Below, in pieces: positions 8,902-18,770 of a DNA stretch of 64,000 nucleotides; positions within the stretch are counted from its first letter, which is position 1, and every line of letters starts with the position of its first letter. The stretch covers positions 55,837 through 119,836 of the forward strand of contig JANQNO010000006.1 in the NCBI GenBank assembly GCA_028279555.1, in the 5' to 3' direction. Origin of the DNA: Sphingorhabdus sp. (GTDB lineage Bacteria; Pseudomonadota; Alphaproteobacteria; Sphingomonadales; Sphingomonadaceae). Below the pieces are notes generated by a model. The model saw only the letters and a list, made by a program, of their open reading frames with translations. It ran no database searches and had not been told where the DNA came from. Made by a program: the position numbers and the translations under genes.

Positions 8902-9774
8902 CTAACTATATTCGGCTTTATCCCACCAGGGATAAAAATCAGGCATATCAGCCGAGACGCGATCTGGGTAGACTGGATCGCGTTTTTTCAGAAAGCTCGC
9001 AATGCCCTCTTTGGCATCGCCCGAGCGCGAGCGGCGATAGATGGCGCGGCTGTCGATCTTGTGCGCCTCCATCGGATGGTTGGCCGCAGAAAGCCGCCAA
9101 AGCATTGCCCGCGTCATGGCGACCGACACCGGCGCTGTATTGTCGGCAATCTCGCGGGCCAGCGCGCGCGCCGCATCCAAGAGCTCACCCGGCTCGTGCA
9201 GCGAGCGAACCAGGCCGCCGTCAAGCGCCTCCTGCGCATCGAACACGCGGCCCGTCATGCACCATTCCATCGCCTGCTGCATGCCAACCAGCCGCGGCAG
9301 AAACCAGCTCGAGGCCGCTTCGGGAACAATCCCCCGCCGCGCAAAGACAAAGCCGTACCGCGCCGTTTTGCTCGCAAGGCGGAAATCCATCGGCAATTGC
9401 ATCGTCGCACCGACGCCCACCGCGACGCCGTTGATCGCGCCAATGACCGGCTTTTTGCATTGAAAAATCCGCAAGGTCATGCGGCCCCCGCTATCACGGC
9501 CGCGAGGGTCCGAAAGGTCGGCCACTTCATCGCCGCTGGAAAAAACCTGCCCGCCGTCATCAGGCGTCAAATCGGCACCGGCACAAAAGGCCTTTTCGCC
9601 GTGACCGGTGACGATGACCGCACGCACATCGTCATCGCCATCCACCAGATCGAAGGCGTCGATCATTTCCTGCATCATGACGCGCGTATAGGCGTTCATT
9701 TTCTCGGGGCGATGGAGCGTTATCGTCGCGATGCCGTCGGCGACATCATATTTAATCTGGGCGAAATCGGTCAT
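8902..9774 (-). CDS. Enoyl-CoA hydratase/isomerase (crotonase) family protein
   Basis: ATITLHRPEKMNA.., VIVTGHGEKAFCAGADL. ATG at 9774 has a ggagg RBS; the track start at 9900 is an extension. Confidence 0.85.
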   Translation of the reverse strand: MTDFAQIKYDVADGIATITLHRPEKMNAYTRVMMQEMIDAFDLVDGDDDVRAVIVTGHGEKAFCAGADLTPDDGGQVFSSGDEVADLSDPRGRDSGGRMTLRIFQCKKPVIGAINGVAVGVGATMQLPMDFRLASKTARYGFVFARRGIVPEAASSWFLPRLVGMQQAMEWCMTGRVFDAQEALDGGLVRSLHEPGELLDAARALAREIADNTAPVSVAMTRAMLWRLSAANHPMEAHKIDSRAIYRRSRSGDAKEGIASFLKKRDPVYPDRVSADMPDFYPWWDKAEYS

Positions 9775-9824
9775 AGCTCTCCCATATTTCTCCCCTCCCG
9801 CGTGTGGGAGGGGGATATGTTCGC

Positions 9825-10610
9825 CTATCTTGGCGCCATCCTGATCGCACCGTCGAGGCGGACATCCTCGCCATTGAAATAGCCGGTTTCGATCATGCAA
9901 AGCGCGAGCTTTGCATATTCTTCCGGGTTACCCAGGCGTTTGGGGAAGGGTACCGAGGCGGCCAGCGCCTCTTTCACTTGCGGCGGCGCAGCATTCATCA
10001 GCGGGGTGTTGAAAATCCCCGGCAGGATAGTGTTGACACGGATGCCTTCGCGCATCAGATCGCGCGCGATCGGCAATGTCATGCCGACAACGCCGCCTTT
10101 CGATGCCGAATAGGCCGCCTGCCCCATCTGGCCATCCTCAGCTGCAACCGATGCGGTGTTGACGATGGCGCCGCGTGCGCCCTCATCGCCCAGCGGATCG
10201 AGCGTCATCATGCCTGCCGCCGATTTGGCGATGCAGCGAAAGGTGCCGACCAGATTGACCTGGATGACGAAATCGAAAGCCGACAGCGGGAAATGCTTGA
10301 TCTCTCCTGTCTGCTTGTCGCGGCTGGCGGTCTTGATGGCGTTGCCGATGCCGGCGCAGTTCACGAGGATACGTTCCTGTCCGATGGCTTCGCGCGCCTT
10401 GGCAAAAGCAGCGTCAACCTCATCGTCGCTGGTCACATTGACCTTGCAGAAAACGCCGCCAAGCTCGCTGGCCAGAGCCTCGCCTTTTTCCTCATTCATG
10501 TCGAACAGCGCGACCTTCACGCCCTTTGCCGCAAGTGCCTGTGCGGTCGCCGCGCCCAGCCCGGATGCGCCGCCGGTAACCACTGCTGAAATGCTTTCAT
10601 TGAGTTCCAT
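9825..10610 (-). CDS. SDR-family 3-hydroxyacyl-CoA dehydrogenase (type II / 3-hydroxy-2-methylbutyryl-CoA DH-like)
   Basis: VVTGGASGLG Rossmann motif, the YSASKGGV catalytic motif, and its beta-oxidation context. Confidence 0.8.
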   Translation of the reverse strand: MELNESISAVVTGGASGLGAATAQALAAKGVKVALFDMNEEKGEALASELGGVFCKVNVTSDDEVDAAFAKAREAIGQERILVNCAGIGNAIKTASRDKQTGEIKHFPLSAFDFVIQVNLVGTFRCIAKSAAGMMTLDPLGDEGARGAIVNTASVAAEDGQMGQAAYSASKGGVVGMTLPIARDLMREGIRVNTILPGIFNTPLMNAAPPQVKEALAASVPFPKRLGNPEEYAKLALCMIETGYFNGEDVRLDGAIRMAPR

Positions 10611-10641
10611 ATTCTTGTTCTTTCTATACTGAACCGAAGTG

Positions 10642-10693
10642 CTGAGCCTGTCGAAGCACGTCTACCCGGATAAGCGCCCTTCGACAGGCTCAG
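10642..10693. repeat. REP-like hairpin, family A (ctgagcctgtcgaag ... cttcgacaggctcag)
   Basis: Perfect 15-bp inverted repeat with a 22-nt loop, between the thiolase and SDR genes. Related copy at 28791-28860. Confidence 0.75.
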
Positions 10694-10713
10694 GGCTACG
10701 GCAAAGACTTGTT

Positions 10714-11883
10714 CTAGACCCGCTCGATTATCGTGACATTGGCCTGACCGCCACCTTCGCACATGGTCTGCAGGCCATACTTGCCCTGCTTTTGCTCCAG
10801 CGCATTGAGCAGCGTCGCCATCAGCTTCGTCCCCGATGCACCGAGCGGATGGCCAAGCGCAATAGCGCCGCCATGGACATTGATCTTCTCGCGCTCGCCG
10901 CCGGTATGTTTCAGCCAGGCAAGCGGCACCGGCGCGAAGGCCTCGTTGACTTCATAGAGGTCGATATCGCCGATCTTCATGCCAGCGCGTTCCAGCGCCC
11001 GGTCGGTAGCAAACAGCGGTTCTTCGAGCATGATCACAGGATCGCCGCCGGTGACCGTCAGATTGTGGATCCTGGCGCGCGGTTTCAACCCATGCTGCTT
11101 GACCGCATCTTCGCTGGCGATCAGCACGGCAGACGCCCCATCGCAAATCTGCGACGATGTTGCAGCGGTGATCGATCCGCCCTCCTGAATCAGCTTGACG
11201 CCGGCAATGCCCTCGAGCGTGGCATCGAAGCGGATCCCCTCATCCACCTTGTGCATTTCATTGCCCTCGGGTGTTTCAACCTCGAGCGGAACAATTTCGT
11301 TGTCGAAGGCCCCTGCTTCGGTGGCTGCCTTGGCCTTCTGATGCGATTCGAGCGCATAGGCATCCAGCTCGTCTTTCGAAAGGCCATGCTTCTTGGCGAC
11401 CATTTCTGCGCCCATGAACTGGCTGAACATCACCTTGGGGTAGGCCTCCTCAAGGCGCGGCGATTTATAGTTGCCCATGCCTTCCTTCATATAAAGCGTC
11501 GCGGTCGAGCCCATAGGCACGCGGGTCATCGATTCGATACCGCTGGCGAGCACTATATCCTGCGTCCCGCTCATCACTGCCTGGGCGGCAAATTGAATTG
11601 ATTGCTGCGACGACCCGCATTGCCGGTCGATGGTGACGGCGGGAATGCTGTCGGGCAGCTTGGAGGCGAGCACAGCATTGCGACCGACATCCATCGTCTG
11701 TTCGCCGCCCTGCATCACGCAGCCGGTAATGACATCATCGATAGCCGCGGGATCGAAATCATTACGCTCGGCAATCGCATCGAAAACCGCGGCACCCAAA
11801 TCGACAGGGTGAACACCGGCCAGCTTGCCGCCGCGGCGGCCTCCAGCGGTACGAACAGCATCTACAATATAGGCATCGGCCAT
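10714..11883 (-). CDS. Acetyl-CoA C-acyltransferase (degradative thiolase)
   Basis: MADAYIVDAVRTAGGRRGG.., the active-site region IDRQCGSSQQ and the C-terminal CEGGGQA. RBS aaggagc. Confidence 0.9.
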   Translation of the reverse strand: MADAYIVDAVRTAGGRRGGKLAGVHPVDLGAAVFDAIAERNDFDPAAIDDVITGCVMQGGEQTMDVGRNAVLASKLPDSIPAVTIDRQCGSSQQSIQFAAQAVMSGTQDIVLASGIESMTRVPMGSTATLYMKEGMGNYKSPRLEEAYPKVMFSQFMGAEMVAKKHGLSKDELDAYALESHQKAKAATEAGAFDNEIVPLEVETPEGNEMHKVDEGIRFDATLEGIAGVKLIQEGGSITAATSSQICDGASAVLIASEDAVKQHGLKPRARIHNLTVTGGDPVIMLEEPLFATDRALERAGMKIGDIDLYEVNEAFAPVPLAWLKHTGGEREKINVHGGAIALGHPLGASGTKLMATLLNALEQKQGKYGLQTMCEGGGQANVTIIERV

Positions 11884-11918
11884 GGTTCAGGCTCCTTGTT
11901 GATTTTGGAATCGGAAAA

Positions 11919-11936
11919 TTTAATCGCGTGATTAAA
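11919..11936. promoter_or_regulatory. 18-bp palindrome tttaatcgcgtgattaaa, candidate TetR operator (site 2 of 3)
   Basis: Lies 35 nt upstream of the thiolase start at 11883, in the intergenic region divergent with the amine oxidase gene. Confidence 0.45.
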
Positions 11937-12083
11937 CACTGGCGGAAGATGCGTCAATGAGAAAGGAAAGCTCTCCATATCTCAAGGTTGAGTGGCAGCG
12001 CGCGAACCGGGACCTGGCATTGGGTGAAGTAGTGGATGCGGCGCGATGTTCACTTTCCCGGCTTTCTGCAATATTAGTTGGCG

Positions 12084-13310
12084 ATGAACAAGATTTTGCT
12101 CCTTACCGTCGCAGCCCTTATCATCATTCTGGTCTTTGTCTCGGCCTGCGGGCGCGGATGGTATACGCGGCTGAACGACAGTTCAGCCGATAAGCTGGTG
12201 GTAGAGAGCAAGCATAATTTCACAGGCGATGTAGTTATCATAGGCGCCGGCGCTTCCGGGCTGGCTGCAGCGAAGGCACTGAAACGCAACGGTGTATCAT
12301 TCACAATATTGGAAGCCACGGATCGTTACGGCGGGCGCGTCGAGAAGGATGAGAATTTTGCCGACTTTCCCATCGACCTTGGCGCGGAATGGATCCACCA
12401 CGACGCTACCATCCTCAACCGGCTGATCGGCTTGGATGGCGATGAGCCAACTGTCGAACTGATCCCTTATACCCCCAGTGAAATCTATAGCTGGGATGGA
12501 GAATCGCTTGACGCAGTATCAACGGTCGAAACGCGGCTTGGGCAATGGAGCTTCCCCGAATACAAATTCAAGGATTCCACATGGTTTGATTTTGTCGACC
12601 AGCATTTTGCGCAAGATGTGAAGGACCGGATCATTTTCGGCGCTCCGGTCAGCAAAGTCGATTATTCAGCTGAAAAGGTGGTCACGACAACACGCGATGG
12701 CCGGACATTTGAAGCAGACAAAGTGATCGTGACAGTCTCGCCGGGCATATTGCAGAAAAGAGCCATAGTATTTTCGCCAGCGCTTGATGCTGAGCGTCTT
12801 GCAGCGATTGATGCGATAGACTTCCTGCCCGGTTTCAAGCTGTTCCTGAAATTCAACGAAGACTTCTATGCCGACATTATCGAGCAGGAGATGGGGAATG
12901 GCGATAAAACCTACTTCGATGCTGCCTTCGGCAAGGACACAAATGACAATATCCTCGCGCTCCTGGTGACAGGCCCGCTTGCCAATGACTATTACAAGAT
13001 GGGCGACAATGACGCCATAGTGGCCTCGGTTATCGAAGAACTGGATACAATGTATAGCGGCAAGGCCAGCGGGGCCTTTTCGGGAGAATATATACTCAAG
13101 GATTGGGGACGCCATGCCTTTACCCTTGGGACCTGGACCAACGATGTCGGCAGCGAAAGTCAGATGGCGCTGCTGCGCTCACCGCTGGCGGGAAAAGTCC
13201 ATTTTACCGGCGCAGCAACGGAACAAAACGGGCAGAGCAGCACTGTGCATGGCGCAATCATGAGCGGCTATCAGGCTGTATCGGATATGCTAGCGCCCTA
13301 CGCGCTGTAA
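12084..13310 (+). CDS. Flavin-dependent amine oxidase, predicted lipoprotein
   Basis: Lipobox LVFVSAC and the FAD dinucleotide motif VVIIGAGASGLAAA..LEATDRYGGRV. ATG at 12084 (the track start at 12078 is TTG). Confidence 0.8.
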   Translation: MNKILLLTVAALIIILVFVSACGRGWYTRLNDSSADKLVVESKHNFTGDVVIIGAGASGLAAAKALKRNGVSFTILEATDRYGGRVEKDENFADFPIDLGAEWIHHDATILNRLIGLDGDEPTVELIPYTPSEIYSWDGESLDAVSTVETRLGQWSFPEYKFKDSTWFDFVDQHFAQDVKDRIIFGAPVSKVDYSAEKVVTTTRDGRTFEADKVIVTVSPGILQKRAIVFSPALDAERLAAIDAIDFLPGFKLFLKFNEDFYADIIEQEMGNGDKTYFDAAFGKDTNDNILALLVTGPLANDYYKMGDNDAIVASVIEELDTMYSGKASGAFSGEYILKDWGRHAFTLGTWTNDVGSESQMALLRSPLAGKVHFTGAATEQNGQSSTVHGAIMSGYQAVSDMLAPYAL

Positions 13311-13337
13311 AAAGGGGGCACGGAGCCCCCCTTTTTG
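13309..13337. terminator. Bidirectional rho-independent terminator between convergent amine oxidase and ALDH genes
   Basis: aaaaa-gggggc-acgga-gccccc-c-ttttt: a GC stem flanked by an A-run and a T-run. Confidence 0.7.
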
Positions 13338-13359
13338 CAAATGGTGTCCTGGCGCAGGA

Positions 13360-14787
13360 TCAGGCAGGCACATTGTCCTTCTTCACCGTGATCACCTGCG
13401 GATAGGTGAATTCAAGCAGGCCTTCCTTGCCATATTCTGCGCCGAAGCCGGACTGTTTATGCCCGCCAAAGGGGGCGAAGGGCGAAAGATGCAGAAATTC
13501 ATTCACCCAGACAGTGCCGGTTTCCAGCTGCTCGGCAATCTCCACGCCCTTGTCGGGATCGGCTGTCCAGACCGCGCCGGCCAGACCATATTCGCTGTCA
13601 TTGGCGCGCTGGATGGCTTCATCCTCGGAAGAGAATTTCATCAGCGGCATAACCGGGCCAAACTGTTCCTCGGCAACGATCCGGGCGTCTTCGGGCGGAT
13701 TGTCGACGATGGTGATCGGCACATAGTATCCGCTGCCCGACGGGTCGGTGTCACCGCCAACCAGGAACTTATAGCCATTGTCCTTCGCGTCCTGAATGAG
13801 TTCCAGCACGCGCTCATACTGTTTCTTGTTCTGGACCGGACCGACGCCGGTGCCCTGCTCGCTGCCGTCGCCGACTTTGACCGTTTTGGCATATTCGGCA
13901 ATCGCAGCCGACAGATCGTCATAAATATCCTCATGGATATAGACGCGCTTGGCGGCGATGCAGATTTGCCCGGCATTGCCAAAGCTCGACCAGAAAAGCT
14001 GTTCGGCAACCTTCTCGACATTGGCATCGGGAAGCACGATCGAGGCGTCATTGCCGCCCAGCTCAAGCGTAATGCGTTTAAGATCGGCGCTCGCGCCTTC
14101 CATGATTCTCTTACCCGTGGCCGTCGATCCTGTGAAGGTAATCTTGTCGATATCCGGATGCGCTGTGATCATCGGGCCGAGATCATCCTCGCCGGTAATG
14201 ATATTGACAACGCCTGCTGGCACCTTGTCGGCAATCAGCTCGGCAATGCGCAGCGTGGTGAGCGGCGTGAAGGGCGACGGCTTGAGCACTATGGTGCAGC
14301 CTGACAGCATCGCCGGGACGATCTTCTGGATCGCCATCATCACCGGAAAATTCCAGGGCACAATGCCGCCGACAACACCCACTGGCACACGCCGGGTGCG
14401 CGAAAGCCGCTGCTCTGAATCCTCGTTGATTTCATCTTCAAGGGTCAGCGTAGACTGCGCAGCGGCAATCGCGGCGGCACCAAAAATCTCCTGCTGGGCC
14501 TGCTGGTGCGGCTTGCCCTGTTCACTGGTCAGCAGGCGGAACAGCTCGTCGCCATTTTTCTTGATTGCGCCGGAGATGGCCATGATCGCCGCGCGGCGTT
14601 CCTCGATCGGCGTTTTCGACCAGGTCTTGAAGGCGGCCCGGGCAGCGGCAACGGCACTATCAAGTTCGTCTTTGCCGCAGGTCGGAACCTGCCCGATCAC
14701 CACTTCATTGGCCGGATTGACGACATCCATCCAGCCGCCGGCTTCGACCATCTCGCCATTGATCAGATTCTTATACTGCGTGACCAT
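13360..14787 (-). CDS. NAD(P)-dependent aldehyde dehydrogenase
   Basis: ELGGNDA and FGNAGQIC (catalytic Cys) motifs. ATG at 14787 has an aggag RBS; the track start at 14805 is a TTG inside the RBS region. Confidence 0.9.
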   Translation of the reverse strand: MVTQYKNLINGEMVEAGGWMDVVNPANEVVIGQVPTCGKDELDSAVAAARAAFKTWSKTPIEERRAAIMAISGAIKKNGDELFRLLTSEQGKPHQQAQQEIFGAAAIAAAQSTLTLEDEINEDSEQRLSRTRRVPVGVVGGIVPWNFPVMMAIQKIVPAMLSGCTIVLKPSPFTPLTTLRIAELIADKVPAGVVNIITGEDDLGPMITAHPDIDKITFTGSTATGKRIMEGASADLKRITLELGGNDASIVLPDANVEKVAEQLFWSSFGNAGQICIAAKRVYIHEDIYDDLSAAIAEYAKTVKVGDGSEQGTGVGPVQNKKQYERVLELIQDAKDNGYKFLVGGDTDPSGSGYYVPITIVDNPPEDARIVAEEQFGPVMPLMKFSSEDEAIQRANDSEYGLAGAVWTADPDKGVEIAEQLETGTVWVNEFLHLSPFAPFGGHKQSGFGAEYGKEGLLEFTYPQVITVKKDNVPA

Positions 14788-14875
14788 CTCGAACTCTCCT
14801 AACAAAAGACTCGTTTAACCTGTCCCTATCACATCTGCCGCGCTGCAAGCCAGCACCGCTCAATTTCCTTGCCCC

Positions 14876-16183
14876 TCATGCGCCCGAGAATTTGATCGGA
14901 AGCGTCTTGAGCCCGCCCACAAATGTCGAATTGGAACGCTTCGGCTCGCCTGCAAGCTCGACCGCGTCCAGCCGGTCGAGAATCTCGTTGAACAGCGTCC
15001 TGATCTGCAACCGCGCCAGATGCAGCCCCAGGCATTGATGCGCGCCGGCACCGAATGCCAGATGCCGGTTGGGCGAGCGCAAGGCATCGAATTCGCGCGG
15101 ATTATCGAACACACTGCGATCGTGATTGGCCGACACATAGCTCAGCATCATCCAGTCGCCCTTCTTCATCTGCACGCCGCCAACCTCGACATCTTCCGCC
15201 GCCGTGCGCATGAAATGCTGGACGGCGCTGGTCCAGCGGATCGCCTCCTCGACCACGCCGGGCAGGAGGTCGCGGTCCGCCTTGAGCCGCGCAAACTGCT
15301 TCGGATCCTGCGCCAGCGCCGCCATCGCGCCTGCCATGGTTGCCGAAGTGGTATCATGCCCGGCGGCAGCCATGATGATGTAATATCCTGCCATGTCGCG
15401 ATCGGGCAACGGCTTGCCGTCGACTTTGGCGTTGGCAATCACGCTGGCAACATCGTCAGTAGGGTTGGCACGGCGATCGGCAGCCAGCCTGGCAAAATAA
15501 TCCTCGAAATTTTTGACCGCGCCAGCAACAATTTGCGTGATCTGCTCGGGCGTCATATCCGCCATCCCGCTGCCTGACAGGTCGGCATCCTGTCCGCCGA
15601 ACATCTGCTGCGTGAGGAAGAGCATTTTTTCCTCGTCCGCTTCGGGCACGCCGAGTATCTGCATCACCACATGCAGCGGAAGCGGGGCCGCCACAAGCGG
15701 CACAAAGTCGGCTTCAGGCCCATTCTCGACAAGCCGGTCGACCGCGCTCTTGGCCAGAGCCTGAATCTCCGCCTCCATCTTGGCAAGATTGCGCGGCATG
15801 AACCAGTCCTGCGTCAGCTTGCGATATTTGGGGTGAATCGGGGCATCGAAGACAACCAGCGAATCCACCAGCATCTTGCTGCCCGTCGCCTTTATTGAAA
15901 ATTCGATAGCATCCCTGGTCGAAAAAACGACAGGACGCGGATTGTTGAGGAAGGTCTTGTTATCCTTCGATATCCGCATCACATCGTCATAGCGCGTGAC
16001 CAGCCAGAAAGGGTCGAAACTGCCATCGCTGGAAACCATTTTCGCAATCGGCGCAGTTTCGCGCAAGTCGTCGAACAGGTCGAGCGCCGCATCCCAATCC
16101 CCATAGGTTTCAGGCGCAATGACCGCGCGCATCTTCTCGATAGGAATCTCGGTCTCTGGCACTGTTTCTGCATTGCTCGCCAT
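14876..16183 (-). CDS. Cytochrome P450 monooxygenase
   Basis: Heme-ligand signature FGAGAHQCLG, the I-helix AAGHDTT and the EExIRW (ExxR) motif. Confidence 0.9.
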   Translation of the reverse strand: MASNAETVPETEIPIEKMRAVIAPETYGDWDAALDLFDDLRETAPIAKMVSSDGSFDPFWLVTRYDDVMRISKDNKTFLNNPRPVVFSTRDAIEFSIKATGSKMLVDSLVVFDAPIHPKYRKLTQDWFMPRNLAKMEAEIQALAKSAVDRLVENGPEADFVPLVAAPLPLHVVMQILGVPEADEEKMLFLTQQMFGGQDADLSGSGMADMTPEQITQIVAGAVKNFEDYFARLAADRRANPTDDVASVIANAKVDGKPLPDRDMAGYYIIMAAAGHDTTSATMAGAMAALAQDPKQFARLKADRDLLPGVVEEAIRWTSAVQHFMRTAAEDVEVGGVQMKKGDWMMLSYVSANHDRSVFDNPREFDALRSPNRHLAFGAGAHQCLGLHLARLQIRTLFNEILDRLDAVELAGEPKRSNSTFVGGLKTLPIKFSGA

Positions 16184-16192
16184 GATCGGCTC

Positions 16193-17719
16193 CTATGCTG
16201 TCTGTTTGGCCTGCGCCCAATATTCGTCGCGTAGCAGGCGCTTATATAGCTTGCCCGTGGGATGTCTGGGCAGTTCCTCGCGAAAATCGATCTGCCGCGG
16301 CACCTTCACACCGGACAGCGATTCGCGCATGAAGGCGGAGAGTTCATCAGCCAATTCATCGCCAGCATCTGCCATATCCATTGGCTGGATCACGGCCACC
16401 ACGCGCTCGCCCATCTCGTCATCCGGCGCACCGATCACTGCCGCATCGGCGACTTTGGGATGGGTGACGAGCAGATTTTCGATCTCCTGCGGATAGATAT
16501 TCACACCGCCCGAGATAATCATGAAACTCTTGCGGTCGGTCAGATAGAGAAAGCCCTCTTCATCGAGCCAGCCGACATCGCCCAATGTCGACCAGCCATG
16601 CTTGTTGTAGGCGTCCTTGGTTTTCTCCGGATCATTGTGATAACTCACCGGCGTGTCGCTTTCGAAAAAGACGCCGCCTTCGGTCCGGGCCGGCAATTCG
16701 TCGCCATTTTCGTCGCAGATTTTCACAGTGCCAAGCAGAGCGCGGCCAACCGAACCCTTATGCGTCAGCCAGTCTTCGCTGGAAATGAAGGTAAAACCGT
16801 TGCCTTCGGTTCCCGCATAATATTCCTTCAGCACCGGGCCCCACCAGTCGATCATCGCCTCCTTTATCGGAACAGGACAGGGTGCGGCAGCATGCACCGC
16901 GCTCGTCAGCGAGGATACGTCATATTTGCCGCGAATCTCCTTCGGCAATTTCAGCATGCGTACAAAATGGGTGGGCACCCACTGGCTAACGTCGGCCTTG
17001 TATTTTTCGATCAGCGCCAGCGCTTTTTCGGGATCGAATTTCTCCATGACGATAACTGTGCCGCCCAGCTTGTGGACCGTCATGCACCATCGCAGCGGCG
17101 CGGCATGATAGAGCGGTGCAGGCGACAGATAGGTGCAGCCTGGCGTGAAGGCAAAAGCGCCCATCGCGAGCGCGACCAGCGGATTGCCGGTATTCAGCGC
17201 CGGGTCTTCGGGTAAATCCAGCCGCACGCCCTTGGGCTTCCCAGTGGTACCCGAACTGTAGAGCATGTCAACGCCCGCGCGCTCGTCGCCGATCGGCGTG
17301 TCCGGCATTTTCGCCAGCGCATCGCCCAGCGACGTCCAGCCGGCATGGTTGCCAAGCACAAAGCGGCCGACATCGCTTTCGATATTGCCGAGCAGATCCG
17401 TCAGCGCGCCGGACACGATAATCAGCTTCGCTCCGCTGTCGCCGATGATATAGTCGACTTCTGGCGCGGTAAGCCGGCAGCTGACGGCAACATAAACTAG
17501 GCCTGCGCGCTGCGCGCCCCAGACCAGATCGAAATATTCCGCACAATTGTCGAGGCACAGCGCGATTGTGTCGCCGATCTGCAGGCCCTGTGCGCGCAGG
17601 AATTGCGCAAATCGGTTGGAATTGCGGTCCAGCTCGCCATAACTGATTGTCTGCCCCGATCCGCCCATAATGACGGCTGGATGATCCGGCTTGTCGACCG
17701 CATGAACGTAGGGGTGCAT
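16193..17719 (-). CDS. Acyl-CoA synthetase (AMP-forming fatty-acid-CoA ligase)
   Basis: AMP-binding signature YSSGTTGKPKGV, plus GWLDEEGFLYLTDRK and PTGKLYKR. Confidence 0.9.
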   Translation of the reverse strand: MHPYVHAVDKPDHPAVIMGGSGQTISYGELDRNSNRFAQFLRAQGLQIGDTIALCLDNCAEYFDLVWGAQRAGLVYVAVSCRLTAPEVDYIIGDSGAKLIIVSGALTDLLGNIESDVGRFVLGNHAGWTSLGDALAKMPDTPIGDERAGVDMLYSSGTTGKPKGVRLDLPEDPALNTGNPLVALAMGAFAFTPGCTYLSPAPLYHAAPLRWCMTVHKLGGTVIVMEKFDPEKALALIEKYKADVSQWVPTHFVRMLKLPKEIRGKYDVSSLTSAVHAAAPCPVPIKEAMIDWWGPVLKEYYAGTEGNGFTFISSEDWLTHKGSVGRALLGTVKICDENGDELPARTEGGVFFESDTPVSYHNDPEKTKDAYNKHGWSTLGDVGWLDEEGFLYLTDRKSFMIISGGVNIYPQEIENLLVTHPKVADAAVIGAPDDEMGERVVAVIQPMDMADAGDELADELSAFMRESLSGVKVPRQIDFREELPRHPTGKLYKRLLRDEYWAQAKQTA

Positions 17720-17744
17720 ATGCTAACCTTTCAAATCAAAACCG

Positions 17745-17856
17745 AAGCCCTGAGCCATCATCGCTTTTGTGATGATGAAAGTCGAAGGGCGGCTCTATAT
17801 CGGGAAACATCCTTCGACGGGCGCTGAGGCACAATAGTGCCTCAGCTGCTCAGGAT
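17745..17856. repeat. Composite degenerate REP-like element (family A-related) with nested hairpins
   Basis: Contains gtcgaaggg/ccttcgac arms, the hairpin catcatc-N8-gatgatg (17756-17777) and a perfect 9-bp hairpin ctgaggcac-aata-gtgcctcag (17824-17845). It lies between the hydratase and ligase genes. Confidence 0.5.
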
Positions 17857-17885
17857 TACGGTATAAACTCTCTGACCACTTTGGC

Positions 17886-18644
17886 CTACTTCCCCCTCCA
17901 GTTGGCCTTGCGTTTCTCGGCAAAGGCCGCTGCGCCTTCGCGCGCATCCTCGGTCATGAAGAGATTGCCGAGCACCTCATTCTGCTTGTCCCACATTTCC
18001 TCATCGCTCCACAGATAGCTTTGCGTCAGGACCGCTTTGGAGCGTTGCACGGCGAGCGGGCCATTCGCATTGATGGCATTGGCCAGTTCCAGCGCAGCTT
18101 CGAGTGCGCCGCCACTGGTGAGCCGGTTGACAAAGCCCAGCTCATAGGCGCGCTTTGCATCGACGAAATCTCCTGTCAGCGCAAATTCCATGGCGACATT
18201 CTGCGGGATTTTTCTTGGTAGACGGATAAGCCCGCCAGCAGCAGCGGCCAGTCCCCGCTTCGCCTCGGGAATGCCGAATTTCGCTTCCTCGTTAGCCACC
18301 ACCATATCGCAGGCGATGGCCACCTCGAGGCCGCCGGCAAGCGCATAGCCATCGACCGCCGCGACCAGGGGTTTTTTCGGCGGCTGCTGCACAAAGCCGG
18401 CAAAGCCGCGGCCTTTTGCAATCGGCAATTCGCCTTTCAGGAAACCTTTCAGATCCATACCCGAACAGAATGTTCCACCGGCTCCCGTTACGACGCCAAC
18501 GCGAAGATCGTCATTGCCATCCAGCTCATCCATCGCATCGGCAATAAGTTCCGCCGCCGCCTTGTTCATGGCATTTTTGGCATCGGGCCGGTTGATGGTG
18601 ATGACCATGATGCCATCGGTGGTTTCTACAAGCGCGTCGCTCAT
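17886..18644 (-). CDS. Enoyl-CoA hydratase (crotonase family)
   Basis: ITINRPDAKNAM.., VVTGAGGTFCSGMDLK. RBS gaaggaag. Confidence 0.85.
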   Translation of the reverse strand: MSDALVETTDGIMVITINRPDAKNAMNKAAAELIADAMDELDGNDDLRVGVVTGAGGTFCSGMDLKGFLKGELPIAKGRGFAGFVQQPPKKPLVAAVDGYALAGGLEVAIACDMVVANEEAKFGIPEAKRGLAAAAGGLIRLPRKIPQNVAMEFALTGDFVDAKRAYELGFVNRLTSGGALEAALELANAINANGPLAVQRSKAVLTQSYLWSDEEMWDKQNEVLGNLFMTEDAREGAAAFAEKRKANWRGK

Positions 18645-18676
18645 TATCTGCTTCCTTCTGTTATTTCCTTTGTGCT

Positions 18677-18752
18677 CTCCTGCGAAAGCAGGAGTCCAGT
18701 TTGTACTCCTTGAATTTCGAATGGCCTGGACCCCCGCTTTCGCTGGGGATCA
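18677..18752. repeat. REP-like element, family B (ctcctgcgaaagcaggagtccag ... ctggacccccgctttcgctggggatc)
   Basis: Two GNRA-type or tetraloop hairpins (ctcctgc-gaaa-gcaggag and ccccgc-tttc-gctgggg). Same architecture at 24937-25008, with a half copy at 20078-20117. Confidence 0.7.
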
Positions 18753-18770
18753 CATCACCTCCTCATTCTT

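Noticed and set aside
8872-11601. Three long plus-strand ORFs (8872-9882, 9804-10589, 10639-11601)
   Set aside because: All are antisense shadows of the hydratase, SDR and thiolase genes. They are Arg/His/Ala-rich with no recognisable domains. One starts inside a REP element.
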